From: a virus
Reading direction: 5' to 3' (one strand)
IMG/VR virus record: IMGVR_UViG_3300045988_159944
Length of the DNA stretch: 40,587 nt
In this document: positions 16,477-27,472 of the stretch, one piece after another
How positions within the stretch are numbered: position 1 is the stretch's first letter
How the letters are laid out: each line of letters starts with the position of its first letter
Translations under genes and position numbers: made by a program
The notes under the pieces: generated by a model
Database searches by the model: none
What the model was told of the DNA's origin: nothing
The model's input: the letters and a program-made list of their open reading frames with translations, nothing else

Positions 16477-19400
16477 ATGCCGACGATGGCGTTGAACGAG
16501 AACATCATGATCCGCCTGTCGGCCGACACCTCCAACTATTCGACGAGGATGGCCGCCGCGAGCACACAGGCGGAGAAGCTCTCCACCGCGTTGGAGAAGC
16601 CGGGCAGCAAAAGCCGGATCGCCACGAATCTCATGGCCGGAATGGGCTTGGCCGCCATCGCATTGGGCGTGTCAGCCACGAAGCTGGCCGCCGACTTCGA
16701 CCAGAGCATGAGCACCATCCAAGCCGATTTGCAGGCGTCGGACGGCGACATGCAGAAGCTGCGCGCCGCCGCCATCCAGGCGGGCGCCGACACCATCTAC
16801 AACGCGAATGAGGCCGCGGATGGCATCGACGCGTTGGGCAAGGCCGGCCTGTCCACCGCGGACATCCTTTCCGGAGGTCTGTCTGGAGCGTTGAATCTGG
16901 CCGCGTCCGATGGCATGCAGGTCGGCGAGGCCGCGGAACTGATGAGCACCACGCTCAAACAGTTCAACCTGGAAGGCGCGGACGCGGGCAAGGTCGCGGA
17001 CGCGCTGGCCGCCGGCGCGGGCAAGGCCGTCGGCTCGGCCCATGATCTGGGTCTCGCATTGAACCAGGCCGGTCTGATGGCCAACAGCATGGGCGTGAGC
17101 ATGACCGAAACGGTCGGCACGTTGGCTGCGTTCGCGAACGCCGGCATGATCGGCTCCGACGCCGGCACCTCGCTGAAGACGATGCTGCAACGCCTGTCGA
17201 AACCCACCAAAGAGGCCCAGGCGCAGATGGACGAGCTGGGCATCAGCGCGTACGACGCGTCGGGCAACTTCGTCGGCTTGGAGAACTTCGCCGGACAGTT
17301 GAAGAACTCGCTGAGCGGGTTGTCGCAACAGCAGCGCAACGCCGCCTTGAACATCATCTTCGGCTCAGACGCGGTACGCGCAGCAAACGTCCTGTACTCG
17401 GAAGGCTCCGACGGCATCGCCGGATGGACGAAGGCCGTGTCCGACAGTGGTTTCGCCGCTGACGTGGCCGCCGAGAAGAACGACAACCTCAAAGGCGACA
17501 TCGAACAATTGTCCGGCAGCGTCGAAACCCTCATGATCAATCTCGGCGAAGGCTCGCAGGGAATGCTCCGCAAGCTCGTTCAGGGATTGGATACGCTCGT
17601 GGACTCGTTCTCATCCCTGCCCGCATCGGTCCAGCAGGGTACGGTCGCGTTGACCGCCATGCTCGGCGGAGCCGTCGCATTGCACAAGGCGTTGGGGCCG
17701 TTGGAGGAATCCGTCGGAACCGTAGGCGGTGCGATCGCCTTGGCCGTCGACCCGATCCAACGTGCCAGGAAGGCGGCCCCGAAGTTGGCCGAAGGCCTGA
17801 TGCAGGTCGGCTCGGCCATGGGCACCGCAACGACCGATCTGGCCACGGGAGCCGTCACCGTCGGCAAGGGTGCGACGGCTCTCAACGGCATGAAGATGGC
17901 CGGCTCAGGAGTCATCGACCTGCTCGGCGGACCATGGGGCATCACACTCACCGCCGCGACCACGGTATTGGGCGCGTTCATCTCCGAACAGCAGAAAGCC
18001 CAGGAGCGTACCACGCAACTGTCGACCGCACTGCATGACGGCGTCTCCGCGACCCAGTACTATCAGAAGGCGCTATCGGACTCGTCAGGAGCGAAAATCA
18101 CCGACAGCCAGCTCGGCCGACTGGTGACCGGATATGACAACGTGTGGCAGGCCGTGAACAAGGTCGGCATCAAGCACGGCACGTTCATCAAAGCCATCCA
18201 AGGCGAAAAGACCGCCGTCGGCGAGGTCAACAGGGAAATCGAAGCCTACCGCAAGCGGCTCGTCGACCAAGGCAACCTGTTCACAGGCAGCGAATACCGG
18301 GTCATCTCGCAGAGTCTCGCCGAACTACAAGGACAGTACAAGGCAAGCCAATCCGCGTCGGCCGACCTCGCACAGGCCGACAAGGAGGCCACCCAGGCAG
18401 GCCTCGACAAGACAGGGGCCCTCCTGAAGGGGGCCGACGCGGCAAGCCAATCCGCGGATAGCTCGCAGGATGCGGCCAGCGCCGACGACATCCTCGCCGA
18501 AGCGTTCGGAGCGACCAAGGATGCGGTCAGCGACACGTCGGCCGCACTGTCCGAAGTCATCGACGCGATGCAAACCTACTACGGGTTCGCCATCGACTCG
18601 TCCGACGCGCAAGTCAACCTCATGGACAAGATCGCATCGGCGAATGACACCATCGGCAAGAGCGCCAAGACCCTCGACCTGAACACGGAAGCCGGACGCA
18701 AGAACCAGACCGCGTTGAACGACATCGCCGAAGCGGCCCTCAAATGCGCGAAAGCGCAAGCCCAGAACGGCGACAGTCTCAACGACATCTACCCGAACAT
18801 CGACAAGGCCCACGACGCGTTCACCAAACTCATGCAATCCCTCGGCAAAACACCCGAAGAGGCCGAAGCCGCGGCACAATCCTACGGGCTGACCCGCAAA
18901 GCGGTCGACGACCTGGTCAGCAGCCTGCAATCCGCACCGGACTCGAAAACCATCGAGGTCAAGGTCACCGGAGACGCCGTCGCCAAATTCGAGGAGGTCA
19001 AACTCGCCGCCAAGGAAACCCCGGATGGTAAACACGTCACCATCAGTGGCGACAACACCGACCTGATGAAGAAAATCGCCCAAGCCGCAAACGCGAAAAT
19101 CGATCCCAAGAACGGCACCCTCACCTTGGACAGCAACCAATACATGATCGCCCTCGCCATCGCGAACGGAGCCAAAATCGACGACAAGACCGGCTACCTC
19201 AAAGGCGACAACTCCGACGCAATGAACAAATTCCTCGAAACGCAAGGATGGAAACTCAACGACAAAGGATTCATCGTCAACGCGGACGGCTCACCCGCCA
19301 TGAACGTGCTCACCAACCTGACCAACTACCAGATAGCCGACAAATACTTCCAAATCCACGGAAGCTACGTCGACGCATCCGGAGGCACATACTCGGGCCA

Positions 19401-19842
19401 AGGATATCGTCCGAAAGGCGCCACGGGCAACATCCCAACAGGAGCCACCGGCGGCATGTACGACGGCAACCAGTTCCGATACGCCAACGGAGGCATCGCC
19501 TTCAACGGCTACGTCAACCCGACATGGGCCCCCGGCACGGCAACCAGCGACAGCGTCTACCTCGACAACGCGCGCATCGCACGAGGCGAATACGTCCAAA
19601 ACGCGCTCGCCACCAGCTACTATGGCGTGGAATTCATGGATGCGCTGAACCGAAGGACCATACCTCGTGAAGCATTCGCAGCCATGCCGCAGCAACAGAT
19701 CGTCGTGAAAGTCGAAATGCCGAAGAACGTTGGCCAAACGGTCGTGAACATGCCCCAAAGGATCGTCGTGGCCGACCAGCCATCCGTATCCGGCGCCATC
19801 ATCGGCAGTAAGGTACTGACCACATTGAGGGGAGTGAGATGA
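16477..19842 (+). CDS. Tape measure protein
   Basis: 1121 aa with a Gly/Ala-rich helical core. Canonical position. Alternative start at ATG 16486. Confidence 0.95.
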   Translation: MPTMALNENIMIRLSADTSNYSTRMAAASTQAEKLSTALEKPGSKSRIATNLMAGMGLAAIALGVSATKLAADFDQSMSTIQADLQASDGDMQKLRAAAIQAGADTIYNANEAADGIDALGKAGLSTADILSGGLSGALNLAASDGMQVGEAAELMSTTLKQFNLEGADAGKVADALAAGAGKAVGSAHDLGLALNQAGLMANSMGVSMTETVGTLAAFANAGMIGSDAGTSLKTMLQRLSKPTKEAQAQMDELGISAYDASGNFVGLENFAGQLKNSLSGLSQQQRNAALNIIFGSDAVRAANVLYSEGSDGIAGWTKAVSDSGFAADVAAEKNDNLKGDIEQLSGSVETLMINLGEGSQGMLRKLVQGLDTLVDSFSSLPASVQQGTVALTAMLGGAVALHKALGPLEESVGTVGGAIALAVDPIQRARKAAPKLAEGLMQVGSAMGTATTDLATGAVTVGKGATALNGMKMAGSGVIDLLGGPWGITLTAATTVLGAFISEQQKAQERTTQLSTALHDGVSATQYYQKALSDSSGAKITDSQLGRLVTGYDNVWQAVNKVGIKHGTFIKAIQGEKTAVGEVNREIEAYRKRLVDQGNLFTGSEYRVISQSLAELQGQYKASQSASADLAQADKEATQAGLDKTGALLKGADAASQSADSSQDAASADDILAEAFGATKDAVSDTSAALSEVIDAMQTYYGFAIDSSDAQVNLMDKIASANDTIGKSAKTLDLNTEAGRKNQTALNDIAEAALKCAKAQAQNGDSLNDIYPNIDKAHDAFTKLMQSLGKTPEEAEAAAQSYGLTRKAVDDLVSSLQSAPDSKTIEVKVTGDAVAKFEEVKLAAKETPDGKHVTISGDNTDLMKKIAQAANAKIDPKNGTLTLDSNQYMIALAIANGAKIDDKTGYLKGDNSDAMNKFLETQGWKLNDKGFIVNADGSPAMNVLTNLTNYQIADKYFQIHGSYVDASGGTYSGQGYRPKGATGNIPTGATGGMYDGNQFRYANGGIAFNGYVNPTWAPGTATSDSVYLDNARIARGEYVQNALATSYYGVEFMDALNRRTIPREAFAAMPQQQIVVKVEMPKNVGQTVVNMPQRIVVADQPSVSGAIIGSKVLTTLRGVR

Positions 19843-20723
19843 GCGACGTCATATTGCAGGGAAACGGAAGATCCATCATCCTGCATGGTGATGGATCCTA
19901 CCGGGGGCCCGGACTCGCTCTGACCGGTATCACGGGATGGTACCAGACACCGGACGCGAAGGTCACGACAAGCTCACGCGGGCAAGGAGACGGCGGCCAT
20001 GACATAGCCGCCGATGACATCATGTACGAGGCGCGCGTAGTCATCATCGGCTATCGCGCGCTCGCCGGCTCCGACCGCGGCGAGGCATTGCATCAGCTCG
20101 TCCTGCTTGACAGGCTCGTGCATGGGCTCGTGTCCTGTCGCGTTATGGACGTCGGACAGGACACTCGCTGCTCAGGAGGCTACTACGTGCGGTCGCTCGA
20201 GCAGAAGACCCAGAATCCGCTCTGGCAGAACGTGACCGGAGATATCACGCTCGTCTTCGAACGTCCTGAACGCCTGTCCTCGCTGGCACATTCCGGCGAG
20301 GCTCGCGCGTCGGTGGTGCAGTCGGGCGGACTGAGCTACGGCTCGTCCAACGCTGGACTGGCGTATCCGCTGGGTTACGGCGTCACGTCGGATGGTGCGA
20401 CGGTCATGCGCCTGCCGAACCAGGGCACCTCACGCGCCTACCCGACATTCGTGTTGAATGGTGATTGGCCGGAAGGCTGCGCATTGCGTCTGGCCTGTGA
20501 TGGCAGGACCTCGACCTTGGGATTCGGCGAAGCCATCCACGCCGGCATTCCCGTCCTTCTTGATACCCGCTCGCGCACGGCGACCATGGGCGGCGTGGAT
20601 GTGACCTCGGGATTGTCTCGGCGTGGATGGATGACGATTCCGGCCGGCAAGGCATTGACGGTCAATCTCGCGACGCCCGGCAGCGGATGGGTCACATGCG
20701 AATCACACGACACATACATGTAA
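19839..20723 (+). CDS. Distal tail protein (Dit-like)
   Basis: ATGA overlap with the tape measure stop. Size and position are consistent. Confidence 0.65.
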   Translation: MSDVILQGNGRSIILHGDGSYRGPGLALTGITGWYQTPDAKVTTSSRGQGDGGHDIAADDIMYEARVVIIGYRALAGSDRGEALHQLVLLDRLVHGLVSCRVMDVGQDTRCSGGYYVRSLEQKTQNPLWQNVTGDITLVFERPERLSSLAHSGEARASVVQSGGLSYGSSNAGLAYPLGYGVTSDGATVMRLPNQGTSRAYPTFVLNGDWPEGCALRLACDGRTSTLGFGEAIHAGIPVLLDTRSRTATMGGVDVTSGLSRRGWMTIPAGKALTVNLATPGSGWVTCESHDTYM

Positions 20724-20751
20724 GACATCGTTCGTTTTGGAGGTGCAATTC

Positions 20752-21699
20752 ATGGTTACCGCTTTGGGCATCCGTCCCGACGGCAAGAATCAGGGCGTGA
20801 GCCCCCAGGTGCACAGGCACATCATCAGCTCGCAGTGGACGAGCGACGGCATCATCTATGGTCTGAATGTGACCGGCGGCACCGGACTCTCCTACACGGT
20901 GAGCGCCGGCACCGCGCTCATTCAGCCGGACGGGCAGAATGGCGAGGCCGTGCTCGCCTACCATCCTGGAGGACAGACGCCGACGGTCACCGCCGGCAAT
21001 GCCGGACTCCCCAGATACGATGTGGTGTGGCTTCGCGCCCATGACCCGGACAAGGGCGATGACGACAGCCAGCTCGTTCTCGGCGTCACGCAAGGCACTC
21101 CGTCCGTCGATCCGGATCCGCCACTCGAACAGGTGCCGTCCGACGTGGCCCGTCTGGCCGTCATGTATGTTCCCGCGGGCATGACGCAGACGAAATCATG
21201 CTCGTCCGACGGTGCGGAACGCTACGCGATGCCCTATGGCGCGTCACGCGGCTGCATCGCACGCAACGTCCGTAACTACGAGGGACCCGCGAACATGTCG
21301 GACAACGGCAGGGACTATTTCGAACAGGATACGCGATTCTATCTGCCGACCGACAGGTTGATCGAACTCAGGTACACCGCGACGGCTTCGGCCTGCCGGC
21401 ACGATGATCCGTCGAAACCGACCGAGAACGCGACGCAGATGGCCTGCTGGTACGTCGGATTCCAGTTGGACGGCCAGGACGTGGAAGGTGGAGGCGGCCA
21501 GTTCCAGGTCAGCCGCGCGTGGCAGCAGGTGCACCTGAACGCGCTGGTCAGCGTCCCGGCAGGATGGCATACGGTACGCACCAGAAACCACCGTGTCCCA
21601 TGGGGCGAGAATGTCTACTTCATCTGCCATTCCGATTCGAAGGAGCGATACCCCGGCCGTACCTTGGAGGTCTGGGACAGAGGCGTGAACGTCGGCTGA
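20752..21699 (+). CDS. Minor tail protein
   Basis: ggaggtg RBS. Position in the tail-tip block. Confidence 0.55.
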   Translation: MVTALGIRPDGKNQGVSPQVHRHIISSQWTSDGIIYGLNVTGGTGLSYTVSAGTALIQPDGQNGEAVLAYHPGGQTPTVTAGNAGLPRYDVVWLRAHDPDKGDDDSQLVLGVTQGTPSVDPDPPLEQVPSDVARLAVMYVPAGMTQTKSCSSDGAERYAMPYGASRGCIARNVRNYEGPANMSDNGRDYFEQDTRFYLPTDRLIELRYTATASACRHDDPSKPTENATQMACWYVGFQLDGQDVEGGGGQFQVSRAWQQVHLNALVSVPAGWHTVRTRNHRVPWGENVYFICHSDSKERYPGRTLEVWDRGVNVG

Positions 21700-21710
21700 A
21701 GGAGGATTCG

Positions 21711-22928
21711 ATGAGCTGGAGGACATATGCGGTCGACACGATCAGCGGGCGGATCCTCTGTCCGATCGACCTGCCGAATTTCAGCTGGTCGGTGAGCGTG
21801 AGCGACTCATCGCTCTCGACAACCAAGTCGAAGGGTGCGGGACAGGACGAGGTGAGCGGCCTGAAGGTGCCATGGACGGCGGTACCGGCCAATTCGCCGG
21901 ACGAACGCAGCCGCCTGCTCGCACCCGACCGGCGCAGCATCGCATTGTGCTGGACGAGCCCATTGGACGACGAAGACGCGATAGGCACGCCGATACTCTG
22001 CGGTCCGATCGGACAGCGCAAGGACGGGCCGCTCGACACGGACTTCAGCCTGAACAGCATCTACGGTCTGCTCGGCGACAGATACCTCGTACGTGAAGGC
22101 GTCTACGGTGCCGGACAGGGGAGCACGAGTACCGACATAATCAACCTCTCGAATCTTTCCCTGCGCGCCATCGCCGCCGAGGCCGGATGGCTGTGCACCA
22201 ACGCCAAGCCCGGCGGCGGTCTGCCAATCGACTGGCATTACAGGGGGGAGAGGGGCTCGCATCAGCGTGGGTATGACAGCTGGGACATTCAGAATCTGAA
22301 ATGCTCCGACGTGTGGGACAAGATCGCCAACGTCGAAAACGGCCCTGATCTACAGCTTCGTCCTAGGCTCTCGGGCGACACGATACGCTTCGACTTCATC
22401 GCCGGATCCGACGTGGATCCGGATATCGCGCAATCCACGGTCATCGAACTGTCCAGTTCGCCCCATGGCGGCACGCTGGAGAACATGACCATCGACCACT
22501 TGGGCGCAGTCAACCGCGTCTACGCCTCGGGCTCGGGCACGGACAAGGCTCAACTCTGCCACCTTTCCGAAGACCTATCGCTCGTGAACGGCGATCATGA
22601 GCCATTTCCGCTGCGCGAGATGACCTACAGCGACACCGACGCGGCCGACGTGACGCTACTCCGCCGGCATGCCGACGGCATTCTCAACGACAACCGCAGG
22701 CCGCTCATGCAGATCAAGGGCGAATTGCACGCCAACGATGCGGACACGAACGGCACGCCCCTTCACCCGCTCGGCAGTTTCTGGCCGGGCGAGACCATGA
22801 AATTGGACGTCCAAGGCTTTCCGAGCCTGTCGGATGGCGTATACGAGTGCCGTCTCATGCAGATGAGCGGCGACCAATCGGACAAGGTGAGCCTCACCTT
22901 CGATGCCATGGAGGATCCCATGGCCTGA
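21711..22928 (+). CDS. Minor tail protein (tail tip/baseplate)
   Basis: gaaggagg RBS. Position in the tail-tip block. Confidence 0.6.
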   Translation: MSWRTYAVDTISGRILCPIDLPNFSWSVSVSDSSLSTTKSKGAGQDEVSGLKVPWTAVPANSPDERSRLLAPDRRSIALCWTSPLDDEDAIGTPILCGPIGQRKDGPLDTDFSLNSIYGLLGDRYLVREGVYGAGQGSTSTDIINLSNLSLRAIAAEAGWLCTNAKPGGGLPIDWHYRGERGSHQRGYDSWDIQNLKCSDVWDKIANVENGPDLQLRPRLSGDTIRFDFIAGSDVDPDIAQSTVIELSSSPHGGTLENMTIDHLGAVNRVYASGSGTDKAQLCHLSEDLSLVNGDHEPFPLREMTYSDTDAADVTLLRRHADGILNDNRRPLMQIKGELHANDADTNGTPLHPLGSFWPGETMKLDVQGFPSLSDGVYECRLMQMSGDQSDKVSLTFDAMEDPMA

Positions 22929-22944
22929 CATCTTTGGAGGATCG

Positions 22945-24912
22945 ATGTCTTCGCACGTCGAATTGAATCCCGATGACGACATGCTTGGGCTGTGCCTGGG
23001 CCTTAAGGCCATGCGCCTCGCATCGACGCAGAAGACGCATAAAACCGGTACCGTGCGCATCCCTACCTCCACCGGCAAGGATTTCATCGCCGGTAAGGGT
23101 GCCGAGGATGGCGCGAACTGGATTGACGGGGAGGGCGTGCAGACGCCGCTCGTCGACACCGCCGCCATTGATAAGGCCGTCGATGAGATCGGCAAGAAGG
23201 CCGACGCTGCCGCCGCCAGTGCGGATAAGGCGTATGAGGAAGCGAAGAGGACCGGCCAGTTGGCGGTGACCGCGAGCAGGACGGAGTATGCGACTTCGAC
23301 GGACGCGACGGTTACACCAGCCGACGGCTGGTCGGAAACGCCACCAACCTATATGGATGGCCAGTACACGTGGCTGAGGGTCACGGTCACTTATGGTGAC
23401 GGGCATACGGAGCTTTCGAATCCAGTCCTGATGACCGGGCCGAAAGGCGGAAAGGGCGAGACCGGTACGGCGGGCGTGTCGGTCACTTCGTTGACGACGT
23501 TCTGGCGGCTGGCGGCGGACACTCCGGACACTCCGAGCGGGGCCGATGATCCGTCCGGGTGGAGCAGGACGGAGCCGAGCATTCCCGACGGCTACGATGG
23601 CAGGCTGTATCGGACGATTCGCACGATCATGTCGGACGGCACGGCCACATGGACGAGCCCCGACGTGGATAGCATGTTCGAGTACATGGCTCGCACGTAT
23701 AGGACCGCTTCCGGTGCGGTTACCGTGTCGAGTGAGGCGAAGCGGACGGCTGAGGGCAATGCGGAGACGATCAAGCAGGTCGGCACCACCGCCGATGATG
23801 CGCTCAGTAAGGCGACTACGGTCGAGACGAATTTCGCCGGTTTCAAAACCGAAGTGAGCGAAACGTATCAGACGAAGGCCGGCATGTCCTCGTACGGCAC
23901 GAAATCGTACGTGGACGAAACGTCGAAATCGGTTGCGCTTGGCGTGGTGCAGGGTTACAAGGGCGCGGACGGTTCGGGGCTCGCCACGAAGTCGGACATC
24001 AGCGTGTCGAGGACGGAAATCACCAGCGAGGTTTCCAACACGTATGCGACCAAGGATGGCGTCAGCGAGGAAATCAGTTCGAAGATCACGCAGAACAACG
24101 GTTCATGGGAGCTGAAGTTCGCGACGAAGACGGAGGCCAAGAGCGCGCAGGACGCCGCCAATGCCGCCAACGCGGCTGCGGCCGACGCGCAGTCCCGCGT
24201 GGGGAATCTGGAACCATGCATCCGCATGACCTCCGACGGCGTGAGGGTCGGCAAGCGTTCCGGCGACAGTTTCACCGGCACGAGCGCATTGGTCGGTACG
24301 GGCGGCACGTTCGACATCCTGGACGAGCATGGCGAGCGAATGCTCGAAATGTCCGACACCGGCCTGCGTCTGCCGGTCCTGAAGAACAATACGGCGTTCA
24401 AGATCGGACGATACCATCATCCGACATACGATTCCGACGTCGTGTACATCGGCGACGATTATGATTCCAACGTCGCCTCGCCGGCCCGGATCGAATTCAA
24501 CAGGAACAGCATCAACCTGACCGCGAGACTGCTGAACATGAACCTGACCGACAGTCGTTTCTACGTCAACGGCCATCCGATGGGCAAGGCGAGCGACATC
24601 AAACAGAGCCAAAGATGGTCGAACATCAACATGCAGGCATGGAATTTCGGCAACCTCGGCATCATCAACATCCTGCACCCGTCCGGAACCAACGCCCACA
24701 TCATGGGCAACGACAATCCCACCGAGATCGGGCGCATCAGCCCTCTGAACGCGCCGAGGGATTACGTGGGCTGTACGCTGGCCGCCTACGGCAATACGAC
24801 CCTGTTCGCCGAGGTCACGCCGGACGGACTGGTCAAATGCTTCACCGCGTTCGGCGGCCAGCACGACTGGGATTATTTCACGGGAACGATCGTGTTCCCA
24901 TTGACATGGTAA
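22945..24912 (+). CDS. Tail fibre / receptor-binding protein candidate
   Basis: ggagga RBS, 655 aa. It has a central Ser/Thr/Ala-rich coiled-coil-like segment and a distinct C-terminal domain, and it is the last large tail gene. Confidence 0.6.
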   Translation: MSSHVELNPDDDMLGLCLGLKAMRLASTQKTHKTGTVRIPTSTGKDFIAGKGAEDGANWIDGEGVQTPLVDTAAIDKAVDEIGKKADAAAASADKAYEEAKRTGQLAVTASRTEYATSTDATVTPADGWSETPPTYMDGQYTWLRVTVTYGDGHTELSNPVLMTGPKGGKGETGTAGVSVTSLTTFWRLAADTPDTPSGADDPSGWSRTEPSIPDGYDGRLYRTIRTIMSDGTATWTSPDVDSMFEYMARTYRTASGAVTVSSEAKRTAEGNAETIKQVGTTADDALSKATTVETNFAGFKTEVSETYQTKAGMSSYGTKSYVDETSKSVALGVVQGYKGADGSGLATKSDISVSRTEITSEVSNTYATKDGVSEEISSKITQNNGSWELKFATKTEAKSAQDAANAANAAAADAQSRVGNLEPCIRMTSDGVRVGKRSGDSFTGTSALVGTGGTFDILDEHGERMLEMSDTGLRLPVLKNNTAFKIGRYHHPTYDSDVVYIGDDYDSNVASPARIEFNRNSINLTARLLNMNLTDSRFYVNGHPMGKASDIKQSQRWSNINMQAWNFGNLGIINILHPSGTNAHIMGNDNPTEIGRISPLNAPRDYVGCTLAAYGNTTLFAEVTPDGLVKCFTAFGGQHDWDYFTGTIVFPLTW

Positions 24913-24925
24913 GGAGCAAACGACA

Positions 24926-25219
24926 ATGACCGATGCGACCATTCTGGATGGCATCCTCGACCTTCGTCCGGACAGGGACACGATCACGTTCCAGATGCTT
25001 CGTCTGGGATTGCAATACGAGGGCCTCACCGACGGCAACGAGGTGTGGAGCAACTACGGCATCGGCGTCGTGGCCGCGTTCCCGCATGAGGATCCGAAAA
25101 TCGTGACGGTGACGGATGTCGACATCAAGGAGTCGTTCCACATTCCCATCGAACGGATCCCCGAGATCAGACGGATCAAGACATGGCGTTCGGATGGTTC
25201 GGAGATGCTGGGAGATTGA
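24926..25219 (+). CDS. Hypothetical protein (97 aa)
   Basis: aaggag RBS, ORF. Confidence 0.5.
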   Translation: MTDATILDGILDLRPDRDTITFQMLRLGLQYEGLTDGNEVWSNYGIGVVAAFPHEDPKIVTVTDVDIKESFHIPIERIPEIRRIKTWRSDGSEMLGD

Positions 25220-25221
25220 CG

Positions 25222-25716
25222 ATGCCACCGTTCCAGGAATTGTTCAATTCGCAGGAGTTCTGGTCGGCTGTCATCATCAGTCTTATCGGCGGTGGCGGCA
25301 TCGTCGGTGCGATCATCACCGCATGGAGCAACCGAAGGTCGAAATCACAGGAGGACCGGGACGGTGCCGAAGCGGATAAATTGGCTGCCGAGGCCGCGCA
25401 AGCCGCCGTGCAGATACTCACGGATTCGGTGATTCAACCATTGCGTGAGCAGGTGGATAAGCAGGCTGCCCAAATCCAGCATTTGGAGGAGAAGCAAGCC
25501 ATGCAGACCCGGAATCTGGAACAGACGCAGCAGGATCTGAAGGAGAAGCAGGAGGAGTATTTCGCGCTCGGCGCTTACACGCGGAGCCTGTTCCATTGGC
25601 TTCAGGAGTTTTGCGAAATCATGGAGCCCGATTTTCTGGCGCGCCATCCGAAGCCACGCTTGCCGGACAGGCTGAGGCCCGACATCGCGCCCGAAACCGT
25701 AGGAAAGGAGCCGTGA
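25222..25716 (+). CDS. Membrane-anchored coiled-coil protein
   Basis: N-terminal TM segment (FWSAVIISLIGGGGIVGAIITAW) followed by a Q/E-rich heptad region. Confidence 0.55.
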   Translation: MPPFQELFNSQEFWSAVIISLIGGGGIVGAIITAWSNRRSKSQEDRDGAEADKLAAEAAQAAVQILTDSVIQPLREQVDKQAAQIQHLEEKQAMQTRNLEQTQQDLKEKQEEYFALGAYTRSLFHWLQEFCEIMEPDFLARHPKPRLPDRLRPDIAPETVGKEP

Positions 25717-25784
25717 TGGGCCACGCATTCCCGTTCATCTTCATTTTCATGATCGTTCTCTGGAATTACACGAGACGACAGTAA
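25716..25784 (+). CDS. Possible 22-aa hydrophobic micro-protein
   Basis: ATG overlaps the upstream TGA. Sequence is MGHAFPFIFIFMIVLWNYTRRQ. Confidence 0.3.
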   Translation: MGHAFPFIFIFMIVLWNYTRRQ

Positions 25785-25802
25785 AACCAACCCATTTTTC
25801 AA

Positions 25803-25832
25803 AGCCATCCCATTTATGGGGGTGGCTTTTTT
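25803..25832 (+). terminator. Rho-independent terminator
   Basis: gccatccc-attta-tgggggtggc stem followed by tttttt. Confidence 0.75.
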
Positions 25833-25846
25833 GTTAGGAGGAAACA

Positions 25847-26320
25847 ATGGCGGAACACGCCAACAACAACACCAAAGCCAATCTTCCCGGCCTGACCGGC
25901 GAACGCGTCAAGGCCGTCGTGACGATTCTCGTCACGCTCTTCTCGCTGGCGAATGCGGGATTGAGCTTGGCCGGATTCAACCCGTTGCCGTTCACCAACG
26001 AACAGGTGAGCGCGACCCTGTTCGCCGTCATCGGCGTGATCGGCACCGTGTACGGCTGGTGGAAGAACCAGAACATCACTTCGGCTTCCCTCGCGGGTCA
26101 GCAGCTCGTGGACGCCCTCAAGAAGGAGGGTGTCGTGCATGGTGTGTCCGCCGCGAAGAACGCCGCATTGAGCGCCGCAAGCGCGGTGGCCAAGACCGCA
26201 CCGGCAGAGGAAACCGCCGAGGAAACCGCCAAGACTGCTGAATCCGCTGAGGCCGCTACCGAGTCGGCGACCGTCGAAACCACGGCCGAAGCCCAGTTCG
26301 AACCGGGCGGCAACCTCTGA
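25847..26320 (+). CDS. Holin
   Basis: aggagg RBS. Two TM segments plus the WWKNQNIT motif typical of phi-LC3/LL-H-type holins. Directly upstream of the endolysin. Confidence 0.8.
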   Translation: MAEHANNNTKANLPGLTGERVKAVVTILVTLFSLANAGLSLAGFNPLPFTNEQVSATLFAVIGVIGTVYGWWKNQNITSASLAGQQLVDALKKEGVVHGVSAAKNAALSAASAVAKTAPAEETAEETAKTAESAEAATESATVETTAEAQFEPGGNL

Positions 26321-27219
26321 TGACCGGCGCAAGTTTCGCAATATGGCGAGACAGCCCAAACCATTACAGCGGACGGCTTGGGCAGTCCGTCAACCACATC
26401 ACCCTGCACATCATGGTCGGCAGATTGGCCGGCACCGATAGTTGCTTCCAACGTTCCAGCTTCGGCGCCGCAAGCCATTACGGCGTGGGCGGGGACGGCA
26501 CCGTCTACCAGTGGGTGGACGAGTCCAACGGCAGCTGGGCCGACGCCAACTGGCAGTCCGACTGTTCCGGTGTGACCATCGAACACGAGGGCGGCATGAG
26601 TGGTGTGCCCGTCACCGATGCGGAGGTGGAGGCCAGCGCCCAGCTGTGTGCGGACATCGCCAAACGCTACGGCTGGACAAGCCTCAACCATGACGCCAGC
26701 GGCAATCGCACCGGCAACATCGTCCTACACAGGGAAGTGCCCGGCACCGACCATTACGGGTGCCCCGACAGGTGCACGAACGGCCTGCCGGTGGACCGAA
26801 TCATCAATCGAGCGAACGAAATCCTAGGAGGAGACAATATGAATGCGGAAGACGTTTGGGATTTCGACCAGAACGGCGTGAAGATGCGGGACCGTCTGCA
26901 AGGCACCGACGCGGCCGCCAACGAGGCCCGGACCGAACTGTTCCGGCTCTCGCAGTGGGACACGAAGACGCACGCCTCGCCATTGGGCAATCTGGTCGCG
27001 GAGATGCCGATACAGGGCGGAGCCAAATTGGGCGATCGTGTGGCCGGCATCGACTCGAAGACCAGCCAGCTCATCACGCAGGTGAGCGCACTGTCCGAAG
27101 CGGTCAAGGCATTGGCATCCGCACAGGGCGCCGACCCCGAGCAGATCGCGAAGATCGTGGAGACCGCGGTCAAGGACAAGCTCGCCAAATTGAAGATCAC
27201 CGTGACCGACAACGAGTGA
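26320..27219 (+). CDS. Endolysin, N-acetylmuramoyl-L-alanine amidase (Amidase_2/PGRP type) with a C-terminal domain
   Basis: Motifs: ITLHIM.G......F......ASHYGVG.DG.VYQWVDE....WA......VTIEHEG...VLHREV.....CP. Confidence 0.9.
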   Translation: MTGASFAIWRDSPNHYSGRLGQSVNHITLHIMVGRLAGTDSCFQRSSFGAASHYGVGGDGTVYQWVDESNGSWADANWQSDCSGVTIEHEGGMSGVPVTDAEVEASAQLCADIAKRYGWTSLNHDASGNRTGNIVLHREVPGTDHYGCPDRCTNGLPVDRIINRANEILGGDNMNAEDVWDFDQNGVKMRDRLQGTDAAANEARTELFRLSQWDTKTHASPLGNLVAEMPIQGGAKLGDRVAGIDSKTSQLITQVSALSEAVKALASAQGADPEQIAKIVETAVKDKLAKLKITVTDNE

Positions 27220-27316
27220 CGGCTCAATTAATTCCCGGAACCGAAAACCAGATTCGTGTGCGAAAAATCGCACCGGATGGTGCTTGATGGAATATTCTGC
27301 ACCCGGATGCAACATT

Positions 27317-27357
27317 GCCCCCTCTCCCGGCACCTGCCGGAAGAGGGGGCATTTTTC
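27317..27357 (+). terminator. Rho-independent terminator after the lysis cassette
   Basis: gccccctct...agagggggc stem with an inner ccggca/tgccgg pairing, followed by attttt. Confidence 0.75.
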
Positions 27358-27380
27358 CGTTGCTCGAAAGATCATTTTGT

Positions 27381-27402
27381 GACAACATTTTGACAACATT
27401 TT
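27381..27402 (+). repeat. Tandem 11-bp gacaacatttt x2 (candidate integrase arm-type site, P arm)
   Basis: Near-identical to the block at 27590..27610, in the same orientation. The two blocks flank the tRNA-like core. Confidence 0.55.
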
Positions 27403-27472
27403 TTAAAAAACGACGTAATTTCTGTCATGTTCGTAATGAACGTGAAGAGCCGAAAACCGTTGGGAATAAAGG